Part shown: positions 1 to 11,232 of the stretch, piece after piece
Layout of the letters: every line of letters begins with the position of its first letter
How positions within the stretch are numbered: the first letter of the stretch is position 1
NCBI GenBank assembly: GCA_964057225.1
Contig: OZ059898.1
Location: 1,736,001 to 1,800,000 of the forward strand
Source: Auanema rhodensis
Lineage: Eukaryota > Animalia > Nematoda
Reading direction: 5' to 3'
DNA: 64,000 nucleotides
Position numbers and translations under genes: made by a program
Notes under the pieces: model-generated
The model's input: the letters and a program-made list of their open reading frames with translations, nothing else
Databases searched by the model: none
What the model was told of the DNA's origin: nothing

Positions 1-49
1 CTGTGTTATCAGATTTGCGCTAGCTTAAAAATGCACCGAGATATCAACT

Positions 50-71
50 GATATAAGTTCACACTTATATC
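50..71. repeat. Perfect 9-bp inverted repeat GATATAAGT-tcac-ACTTATATC (essentially every monomer)
   Basis: p50-58 is the exact reverse complement of p63-71, with a 4-nt loop. It is flanked by CGAG (37-40) and CTCG (72-75). Confidence 0.9.
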
Positions 72-182
72 CTCGATTTTCACCCTGAAGAATTAATTTT
101 TTCGTTGAATAACATTGTCCATCGTCTTTGCCTTAAAAAAAGGAATCTAAAAACATCTACTTTTTGCTAAATTATTTTGAAA

Positions 183-194
183 TTTTTCGAAAAA
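183..194. repeat. 12-bp palindrome TTTTTCGAAAAA inside a longer imperfect AT-rich palindrome (175-207)
   Basis: Read directly from the sequence. Outer arms are TTTTGA (175-180) and TCAAAA (202-207). Confidence 0.85.
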
Positions 195-221
195 ATTTTT
201 GTCAAAATGTTTTTGGAAGCA

Positions 222-249
222 ATGTTGAGTGTACATGGAAACTCAACAT
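222..249. repeat. Perfect 9-bp inverted repeat ATGTTGAGT-(10 nt)-ACTCAACAT (essentially every monomer)
   Basis: p222-230 is the exact reverse complement of p241-249. Confidence 0.9.
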
Positions 250-323
250 ACACTAATGCATCATTTTTCAAACGATCATAACTAATTTTTGTATTAAGCG
301 TTTCTCAATGTAGTATAGTGCAT

Positions 324-350
324 TCGATGCGGATTTTTAAGCTGCGTCGA
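324..350. repeat. Imperfect inverted repeat TCGATGCGG-(9 nt)-CTGCGTCGA
   Basis: 7/9 Watson-Crick pairs, and both mismatches are G.T. Confidence 0.75.
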
Positions 351-383
351 TCTGTGTTATCAGATTTGCGCTAGCTTAAAAAT
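333..383. repeat. Long imperfect inverted repeat ATTTTTAAGCT-GCG-tcg-ATCTG / CAGAT-ttg-CGC-t-AGCTTAAAAAT
   Basis: 11-bp perfect outer stem (333-343/373-383), 3-bp and 5-bp inner stems, and a 6-nt loop TGTTAT. Confidence 0.85.
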
Positions 384-702
384 GCACCGAGATATCAACT
401 GATATAAGTTCACACTTATATCCTCGATTTTCACCCTGAAGAATTAATTTTTTCGTTGAATAACATTGTCCATCGTCTTTGCCTTGAAAAAAGGAATCTA
501 AAAACATCTACTTTTTGCTAAATTATTTTGAAATTTTTCGAAAAAATTTTTGTCAAAATGTTTTTGGAAGCAATGTTGAGTGTACATGGAAACTCAACAT
601 ACACTAATGCATCATTTTTCAAACGATCATAACTAATTTTTGTATTAAGCGTTTCTCAATGTAGTATAGTGCATTCGATGCGGATTTTTAAGCTGCGTCG
701 AT
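352..702 (+). repeat. Representative consensus monomer (M2), AT-rich with many A/T tracts
   Basis: Carries the majority allele at all variable sites I scored. Composition is 110/351 G+C with 12 CpG. Confidence 0.95.
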
Positions 703-3700
703 CTGTGTTATCAGATTTGCGCTAGCTTAAAAATGCACCGAGATATCAACTGATATAAGTTCACACTTATATCCTCGATTTTCACCCTGAAGAATTAATT
801 TTTTTGTTGAATAACTTTGTCCATCGTCTTTGCCTTGAAAAAAGGAATCTAAAAACATCTACTTTTTGCTAAATTATTTTGAAATTTTTCGAAAAAATTT
901 TTGTCAAAATGTTTTTGGAAGCAATGTTGAGTGTACATGGAAACTCAACATACACTAATGCATCATTTTTCAAACGATCATAACTAATTTTTGTATTAAG
1001 CGTTTCTCAATGTAGTATAGTGCATTCGATGCGGATTTTTAAGCTGCGTCGATCTGTGTTATCAGATTTGCGCTAGCTTAAAAATGCACCGAGATATCAA
1101 CTGATATAAGTTCACACTTATATCCTCGATTTTCACCCTGAAGAATTAATTTTTTTGTTGAATAACATTGTCCATCGTCTTTGCCTTGAAAAAAGGAATC
1201 TAAAAACATCTACTTTTTGCTAAATTATTTTGAAATTTTTCGAAAAAATTTTTGTCAAAATGTTTTTGGAAGCAATGTTGAGTGTACATGGAAACTCAAC
1301 ATACACTAATGCATCATTTTTCAAACGATCATAACTAATTTTTGTATTAAGCGTTTCTCAATGTAGTATAGTGCATTCGATGCGGATTTTTAAGCTGCGT
1401 CGATCTGTGTTATCAGATTTGCGCTAGCTTAAAAATGCACCGAGATATCAACTGATATAAGTTCACACTTATATCCTCGATTTTCACCCTGAAGAATTAA
1501 TTTTTTCGTTGAATAACATTGTCCATCGTCTTTGCCTTGAAAAAAGGAATCTAAAAACATCTACTTTTTGCTAAATTATTTTGAAATTTTTCGAAAAAAT
1601 TTTTGTCAAAATGTTTTTGGAAGCAATGTTGAGTGTACATGGAAACTCAACATACACTAATGCATCATTTTTCAAACGATCATAACTAATTTTTGTATTA
1701 AGCGTTTCTCAATGTAGTATAGTGCATTCGATGCGGATTTTTAAGCTGCGTCGATCTGTGTTATCAGATTTGCGCTAGCTTAAAAATGCACCGAGATATC
1801 AACTGATATAAGTTCACACTTATATCCTCGATTTTCACCCTGAAGAATTAATTTTTTCGTTGAATAACATTGTCCATCGTCTTTGCCTTGAAAAAAGGAA
1901 TCTAAAAACATCTACTTTTTGCTAAATTATTTTGAAATTTTCTGAAAAAATTTTTGTCAAAATGTTTTTGGAAGCAATGTTGAGTGTACATGGAAACTCA
2001 ACATACACTAATGCATCATTTTTCAAACGATCATAACTAATTTTTGTATTAAGCGTTTCTCAATGTAGTATAGTGCATTCGATGCGGATTTTTAAGCTGC
2101 GTCGATCTGTGTTATCAGATTTGCGCTAGCTTAAAAATGCACCGAGATATCAACTGATATAAGTTCACACTTATATCCTCGATTTTCACCCTGAAGAATT
2201 AATTTTTTCGTTGAATAACATTGTCCATCGTCTTTGCCTTGAAAAAAGGAATCTAAAAACATCTACTTTTTGCTAAATTATTCTGAAATTTTCTGAAAAA
2301 ATTTTTGTCAAAATGTTTTTGGAAGCAATGTTGAGTGTACATGGAAACTCAACATACACTAATGCATCATTTTTCAAACGATCATAACTAATTTTTGTAT
2401 TAAGCGTTTCTCAATGTAGTATAGTGCATTCGATGCGGATTTTTAAGCTGCGTCGATCTGTGTTATCAGATTTGCGCTAGCTTAAAAATGCACCGAGATA
2501 TCAACTGATATAAGTTCACACTTATATCCTCGATTTTCACCCTGAAGAATTAATTTTTTTGTTGAATAACTTTGTCCATCGTCTTTGCCTTGAAAAAAGG
2601 AATCTAAAAACATCTACTTTTTGCTAAATTATTTTGAAATTTTTCGAAAAAATTTTTGTCAAAATGTTTTTGGAAGCAATGTTGAGTGTACATGGAAACT
2701 CAACATACACTAATGCATCATTTTTCAAACGATCATAACTAATTTTTGTATTAAGCGTTTCTCAATGTAGTATAGTGCATTCGATGCGGATTTTTAAGCT
2801 GCGTCGATCTGTGTTATCAGATTTGCGCTAGCTTAAAAATACACCGAGATATCAACTGATATAAGTTCACACTTATATCCTCGATTTTCACCCTGAAGAA
2901 TTAATTTTTTCGTTGAATAACATTGTCCATCGTTTTTGCCTTGAAAAAAGGAATCTAAAAACATCTACTTTTTGCTAAATTATTTTGAAATTTTTCGAAA
3001 AAATTTTTGTCAAAATGTTTTTGGAAGCAATGTTGAGTGTACATGGAAACTCAACATACACTAATGCATCATTTTTCAAACGATCATAACTAATTTTTGT
3101 ATTAAGCGTTTCTCAATGTAGTATAGTGCATTCGATGCGGATTTTTAAGCTGCGTCGATCTGTGTTATCAGATTTGCGCTAGCTTAAAAATGCACCGAGA
3201 TATCAACTGATATAAGTTCACACTTATATCCTCGATTTTCACCCTGAAGAATTAATTTTTTCGTTGAATAACATTGTCCATCGTCTTTGCCTTGAAAAAA
3301 GGAATCTAAAAACATCTACTTTTTGCTAAATTATTTTGAAATTTTCTGAAAAAATTTTTGTCAAAATGTTTTTGGAAGCAATGTTGAGTGTACATGGAAA
3401 CTCAACATACACTAATGCATCATTTTTCAAACGATCATAACTAATTTTTGTATTAAGCGTTTCTCAATGTTGTATAGTGCATTCGATGCGGATTTTTAAG
3501 CTGCGTCGATCTGTGTTATCAGATTTGCGCTAGCTTAAAAATGCACCGAGATATCAACTGATATAAGTTCACACTTATATCCTCGATTTTCACCCTGAAG
3601 AATTAATTTTTTCGTTGAATAACATTGTCCATCGTCTTTGCCTTGAAAAAAGGAATCTAAAAACATCTACTTTTTGCTAAATTATTTTGAAATTTTCTGA

Positions 3701-6700
3701 AAAAATTTTTGTCAAAATGTTTTTGGAAGCAATGTTGAGTGTACATGGAAACTCAACATACACTAATGCATCATTTTTCAAACGATCATAACTAATTTTT
3801 GTATTAAGCGTTTCTCAATGTAGTATAGTGCATTCGATGCGGATTTTTAAGCTGCGTCGATCTGTGTTATCAGATTTGCGCTAGCTTAAAAATGCACCGA
3901 GATATCAACTGATATAAGTTCACACTTATATCCTCGATTTTCACCCTGAAGAATTAATTTTTTTGTTGAATAACATTGTCCATCGTCTTTGCCTTGAAAA
4001 AAGGAATCTAAAAACATCTACTTTTTGCTAAATTATTTTGAAATTTTTCGAAAAAATTTTTGTCAAAATGTTTTTGGAAGCAATGTTGAGTGTACATGGA
4101 AACTCAACATACACTAATGCATCATTTTTCAAACGATCATAACTAATTTTTGTATTAAGCGTTTCTCAATGTAGTATAGTGCATTCGATGCGGATTTTTA
4201 AGCTGCGTCGATCTGTGTTATCAGATTTGCGCTAGCTTAAAAATGCACCGAGATATCAACTGATATAAGTTCACACTTATATCCTCGATTTTCACCTTGA
4301 AGAATTAATTTTTTTGTTGAATAACATTGTCCATCGTCTTTGCCTTGAAAAAAGGAATCTAAAAACATCTACTTTTTGCTAAATTATTTTGAAATTTTTC
4401 GAAAAAATTTTTGTCAAAATGTTTTTGGAAGCAATGTTGAGTGTACATGGAAACTCAACATACACTAATGCATCATTTTTCAAACGATCATAACTAATTT
4501 TTGTATTAAGCGTTTCTCAATGTAGTATAGTGCATTCGATGCGGATTTTTAAGCTGCGTCGATCTGTGTTATCAGATTTGCGCTAGCTTAAAAATGCACC
4601 GAGATATCAACTGATATAAGTTCACACTTATATCCTCGATTTTCACCCTGAAGAATTAATTTTTTCGTTGAATAACATTGTCCATCGTCTTTGCCTTGAA
4701 AAAAGGAATCTAAAAACATCTACTTTTTGCTAAATTATTTTGAAATTTTCTAAAAAAATTTTTGTCAAAATGTTTTTGGAAGCAATGTTGAGTGTACATG
4801 GAAACTCAACATACACTAATGCATCATTTTTCAAACGATCATAACTAATTTTTGTATTAAGCGTTTCTCAATGTAGTATAGTGCATTCGATGCGGATTTT
4901 TAAGCTGCGTCGATCTGTGTTATCAGATTTGCGCTAGCTTAAAAATGCACCGAGATATCAACTGATATAAGTTCACACTTATATCCTCGATTTTCACCCT
5001 GAAGAATTAATTTTTTCGTTGAATAACATTGTCCATCGTCTTTGCCTTGAAAAAAGGAATCTAAAAACATCTACTTTTTGCTAAATTATTTTGAAATTTT
5101 CTGAAAAAATTTTTGTCAAAATGTTTTTGGAAGCAATGTTGAGTGTACATGGAAACTCAACATACACTAATGCATCATTTTTCAAACGATCATAACTAAT
5201 TTTTGTATTAAGCGTTTCTCAATGTAGTATAGTGCATTCGATGCGGATTTTTAAGCTGCGTCGATCTGTGTTATCAGATTTGCGCTAGCTTAAAAATGCA
5301 CCGAGATATCAACTGATATAAGTTCACACTTATATCCTCGATTTTCACCCTGAAGAATTAATTTTTTTGTTGAATAACATTGTCCATCATCTTTGCCTTG
5401 AAAAAAGGAATCTAAAAACATCTACTTTTTGCTAAATTATTTTGAAATTTTTCGAAAAAATTTTTGTCAAAATGTTTTTGGAAGCAATGTTGAGTGTACA
5501 TGGAAACTCAACATACACTAATGCATCATTTTTCAAACGATCATAACTAATTTTTGTATTAAGCGTTTCTCAATGTAGTATAGTGCATTCGATGCGGATT
5601 TTTAAGCTGCGTCGATCTGTGTTATCAGATTTGCGCTAGCTTAAAAATGCACCGAGATATCAACTGATATAAGTTCACACTTATATCCTCGATTTTCACC
5701 CTGAAGAATTAATTTTTTCGTTGAATAACATTGTCCATCGTCTTTGCCTTGAAAAAAGGAATCTAAAAACATCTACTTTTTGCTAAATTATTTTGAAATT
5801 TTTCGAAAAAATTTTTGTCAAAATGTTTTTGGAAGCAATGTTGAGTGTACATGGAAACTCAACATACACTAATGCATCATTTTTCAAACGATCATAACTA
5901 ATTTTTGTATTAAGCGTTTCTCAATGTAGTATAGTGCATTCGATGCGGATTTTTAAGCTGCGTCGATCTGTGTTATCAGATTTGCGCTAGCTTAAAAATG
6001 CACCGAGATATCAACTGATATAAGTTCACACTTATATCCTCGATTTTCACCCTGAAGAATTAATTTTTTCGTTGAATAACATTGTCCATCGTCTTTGCCT
6101 TGAAAAAAGGAATCTAAAAACATCTACTTTTTGCTAAATTATTTTGAAATTTTTCGAAAAAATTTTTGTCAAAATGTTTTTGGAAGCAATGTTGAGTGTA
6201 CATGGAAACTCAACATACACTAATGCATCATTTTTCAAACGATCATAACTAATTTTTGTATTAAGCGTTTCTCAATGTAGTATAGTGCATTCGATGCGGA
6301 TTTTTAAGCTGCGTCGATCTGTGTTATCAGATTTGCGCTAGCTTAAAAATGCACCGAGATATCAACTGATATAAGTTCACACTTATATCCTCGATTTTCA
6401 CCCTGAAGAATTAATTTTTTTGTTGAATAACTTTGTCCATCGTCTTTGCCTTGAAAAAAGGAATCTAAAAACATCTACTTTTTGCTAAATTATTTTGAAA
6501 TTTTTCGAAAAAATTTTTGTCAAAATGTTTTTGGAAGCAATGTTGAGTGTACATGGAAACTCAACATACACTAATGCATCATTTTTCAAACGATCATAAC
6601 TAATTTTTGTATTAAGCGTTTCTCAATGTAGTATAGTGCATTCGATGCGGATTTTTAAGCTGCGTCGATCTGTGTTATCAGATTTGCGCTAGCTTAAAAA

Positions 6701-9700
6701 TGCACCGAGATATCAACTGATATAAGTTCACACTTATATCCTCGATTTTCACCCTGAAGAATTAATTTTTTTGTTGAATAACATTGTCCATCGTCTTTGC
6801 CTTGAAAAAAGGAATCTAAAAACATCTACTTTTTGCTAAATTATTTTGAAATTTTTCGAAAAAATTTTTGTCAAAATGTTTTTGGAAGCAATGTTGAGTG
6901 TACATGGAAACTCAACATACACTAATGCATCATTTTTCAAACGATCATAACTAATTTTTGTATTAAGCGTTTCTCAATGTAGTATAGTGCATTCGATGCG
7001 GATTTTTAAGCTGCGTCGATCTGTGTTATCAGATTTGCGCTAGCTTAAAAATGCACCGAGATATCAACTGATATAAGTTCACACTTATATCCTCGATTTT
7101 CACCCTGAAGAATTAATTTTTTCGTTGAATAACATTGTCCATCGTCTTTGCCTTGAAAAAAGGAATCTAAAAACATCTACTTTTTGCTAAATTATTTTGA
7201 AATTTTTCGAAAAAATTTTTGTCAAAATGTTTTTGGAAGCAATGTTGAGTGTACATGGAAACTCAACATACACTAATGCATCATTTTTCAAACGATCATA
7301 ACTAATTTTTGTATTAAGCGTTTCTCAATGTAGTATAGTGCATTCGATGCGGATTTTTAAGCTGCGTCGATCTGTGTTATCAGATTTGCGCTAGCTTAAA
7401 AATGCACCGAGATATCAACTGATATAAGTTCACACTTATATCCTCGATTTTCACCCTGAAGAATTAATTTTTTCGTTGAATAACATTGTCCATCGTCTTT
7501 GCCTTGAAAAAAGGAATCTAAAAACATCTACTTTTTGCTAAATTATTTTGAAATTTTCTGAAAAAATTTTTGTCAAAATGTTTTTGGAAGCAATGTTGAG
7601 TGTACATGGAAACTCAACATACACTAATGCATCATTTTTCAAACGATCATAACTAATTTTTGTATTAAGCGTTTCTCAATGTAGTATAGTGCATTCGATG
7701 CGGATTTTTAAGCTGCGTCGATCTGTGTTATCAGATTTGCGCTAGCTTAAAAATGCACCGAGATATCAACTGATATAAGTTCACACTTATATCCTCGATT
7801 TTCACCCTGAAGAATTAATTTTTTCGTTGAATAACATTGTCCATCGTCTTTGCCTTGAAAAAAGGAATCTAAAAACATCTACTTTTTGCTAAATTATTTT
7901 GAAATTTTCTGAAAAAATTTTTGTCAAAATGTTTTTGGAAGCAATGTTGAGTGTACATGGAAACTCAACATACACTAATGCATCATTTTTCAAACGATCA
8001 TAACTAATTTTTGTATTAAGCGTTTCTCAATGTAGTATAGTGCATTCGATGCGGATTTTTAAGCTGCGTCGATCTGTGTTATCAGATTTGCGCTAGCTTA
8101 AAAATGCACCGAGATATCAACTGATATAAGTTCACACTTATATCCTCGATTTTCACCCTGAAGAATTAATTTTTTTGTTGAATAACATTGTCCATCGTCT
8201 TTGCCTTGAAAAAAGGAATCTAAAAACATCTACTTTTTGCTAAATTATTTTGAAATTTTCTGAAAAAATTTTTGTCAAAATGTTTTTGGAAGCAATGTTG
8301 AGTGTACATGGAAACTCAACATACACTAATGCATCATTTTTCAAACGATCATAACTAATTTTTGTATTAAGCGTTTCTCAATGTAGTATAGTGCATTCGA
8401 TGCGGATTTTTAAGCTGCGTCGATCTGTGTTATCAGATTTGCGCTAGCTTAAAAATGCACCGAGATATCAACTGATATAAGTTCACACTTATATCCTCGA
8501 TTTTCACCCTGAAGAATTAATTTTTTTGTTGAATAACTTTGTCCATCGTCTTTGCCTTGAAAAAAGGAATCTAAAAACATCTACTTTTTGCTAAATTATT
8601 TTGAAATTTTTCGAAAAAATTTTTGTCAAAATGTTTTTGGAAGCAATGTTGAGTGTACATGGAAACTCAACATACACTAATGCATCATTTTTCAAACGAT
8701 CATAACTAATTTTTGTATTAAGCGTTTCTCAATGTAGTATAGTGCATTCGATGCGGATTTTTAAGCTGCGTCGATCTGTGTTATCAGATTTGCGCTAGCT
8801 TAAAAATGCACCGAGATATCAACTGATATAAGTTCACACTTATATCCTCGATTTTCACCCTGAAGAATTAATTTTTTTGTTGAATAACATTGTCCATCGT
8901 CTTTGCCTTGAAAAAAGGAATCTAAAAACATCTACTTTTTGCTAAATTATTTTGAAATTTTTCGAAAAAATTTTTGTCAAAATGTTTTTGGAAGCAATGT
9001 TGAGTGTACATGGAAACTCAACATACACTAATGCATCATTTTTCAAACGATCATAACTAATTTTTGTATTAAGCGTTTCTCAATGTAGTATAGTGCATTC
9101 GATGCGGATTTTTAAGCTGCGTCGATCTGTGTTATCAGATTTGCGCTAGCTTAAAAATGCACCGAGATATCAACTGATATAAGTTCACACTTATATCCTC
9201 GATTTTCACCCTGAAGAATTAATTTTTTCGTTGAATAACATTGTCCATCGTCTTTGCCTTGAAAAAAGGAATCTAAAAACATCTACTTTTTGCTAAATTA
9301 TTTTGAAATTTTTCGAAAAAATTTTTGTCAAAATGTTTTTGGAAGCAATGTTGAGTGTACATGGAAACTCAACATACACTAATGCATCATTTTTCAAACG
9401 ATCATAACTAATTTTTGTATTAAGCGTTTCTCAATGTAGTATAGTGCATTCGATGCGGATTTTTAAGCTGCGTCGATCTGTGTTATCAGATTTGCGCTAG
9501 CTTAAAAATGCACCGAGATATCAACTGATATAAGTTCACACTTATATCCTCGATTTTCACCCTGAAGAATTAATTTTTTCGTTGAATAACATTGTCCATC
9601 GTCTTTGCCTTGAAAAAAGGAATCTAAAAACATCTACTTTTTGCTAAATTATTTTGAAATTTTCTGAAAAAATTTTTGTCAAAATGTTTTTGGAAGCAAT

Positions 9701-11232
9701 GTTGAGTGTACATGGAAACTCAACATACACTAATGCATCATTTTTCAAACGATCATAACTAATTTTTGTATTAAGCGTTTCTCAATGTTGTATAGTGCAT
9801 TCGATGCGGATTTTTAAGCTGCGTCGATCTGTGTTATCAGATTTGCGCTAGCTTAAAAATGCACCGAGATATCAACTGATATAAGTTCACACTTATATCC
9901 TCGATTTTCACCCTGAAGAATTAATTTTTTCGTTGAATAACATTGTCCATCGTCTTTGCCTTGAAAAAAGGAATCTAAAAACATCTACTTTTTGCTAAAT
10001 TATTTTGAAATTTTCTGAAAAAATTTTTGTCAAAATGTTTTTGGAAGCAATGTTGAGTGTACATGGAAACTCAACATACACTAATGCATCATTTTTCAAA
10101 CGATCATAACTAATTTTTGTATTAAGCGTTTCTCAATGTAGTATAGTGCATTCGATGCGGATTTTTAAGCTGCGTCGATCTGTGTTATCAGATTTGCGCT
10201 AGCTTAAAAATGCACCGAGATATCAACTGATATAAGTTCACACTTATATCCTCGATTTTCACCCTGAAGAATTAATTTTTTTGTTGAATAACATTGTCCA
10301 TCGTCTTTGCCTTGAAAAAAGGAATCTAAAAACATCTACTTTTTGCTAAATTATTTTGAAATTTTTCGAAAAAATTTTTGTCAAAATGTTTTTGGAAGCA
10401 ATGTTGAGTGTACATGGAAACTCAACATACACTAATGCATCATTTTTCAAACGATCATAACTAATTTTTGTATTAAGCGTTTCTCAATGTAGTATAGTGC
10501 ATTCGATGCGGATTTTTAAGCTGCGTCGATCTGTGTTATCAGATTTGCGCTAGCTTAAAAATGCACCGAGATATCAACTGATATAAGTTCACACTTATAT
10601 CCTCGATTTTCACCTTGAAGAATTAATTTTTTTGTTGAATAACATTGTCCATCGTCTTTGCCTTGAAAAAAGGAATCTAAAAACATCTACTTTTTGCTAA
10701 ATTATTTTGAAATTTTTCGAAAAAATTTTTGTCAAAATGTTTTTGGAAGCAATGTTGAGTGTACATGGAAACTCAACATACACTAATGCATCATTTTTCA
10801 AACGATCAAAACTAATTTTTGTATTAAGCGTTTCTCAATGTAGTATAGTGCATTCGATGCGGATTTTTAAGCTGCGTCGATCTGTGTTATCAGATTTGCG
10901 CTAGCTTAAAAATGCACCGAGATATCAACTGATATAAGTTCACACTTATATCCTCGATTTTCACCCTGAAGAATTAATTTTTTCGTTGAATAACATTGTC
11001 CATCGTCTTTGCCTTGAAAAAAGGAATCTAAAAACATCTACTTTTTGCTAAATTATTTTGAAATTTTCTAAAAAAATTTTTGTCAAAATGTTTTTGGAAG
11101 CAATGTTGAGTGTACATGGAAACTCAACATACACTAATGCATCATTTTTCAAACGATCATAACTAATTTTTGTATTAAGCGTTTCTCAATGTAGTATAGT
11201 GCATTCGATGCGGATTTTTAAACTGCGTCGAT

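Noticed and set aside
50-80. Rho-independent terminator or bacterial promoter motifs
   Set aside because: The stem is AT-rich, there is no adjacent gene, and the context is a satellite array. Such motifs arise by chance in 69% AT DNA.
1-351. Monomer as a diverged dimer of ~175-bp subunits
   Set aside because: Each half has a 9-bp hairpin (starts 172 bp apart), but I could not align the halves by eye. It needs a self dot-plot and is unsupported as is.
1-351. Assignment to a named satellite family (e.g. Drosophila 359-bp/1.688 or beetle ~350-360-bp satellites) or a CENP-B box
   Set aside because: Only the size and AT content are similar. I cannot confirm sequence identity or a canonical CENP-B box without a search.
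10707-10904. 65-aa ORF as a real CDS
   Set aside because: It exists only because of one private stop-loss SNP (10809) in 1 of 182 copies. It has a TTG start and an F/K/S-rich composition dictated by A/T tracts, with no recognisable domain.
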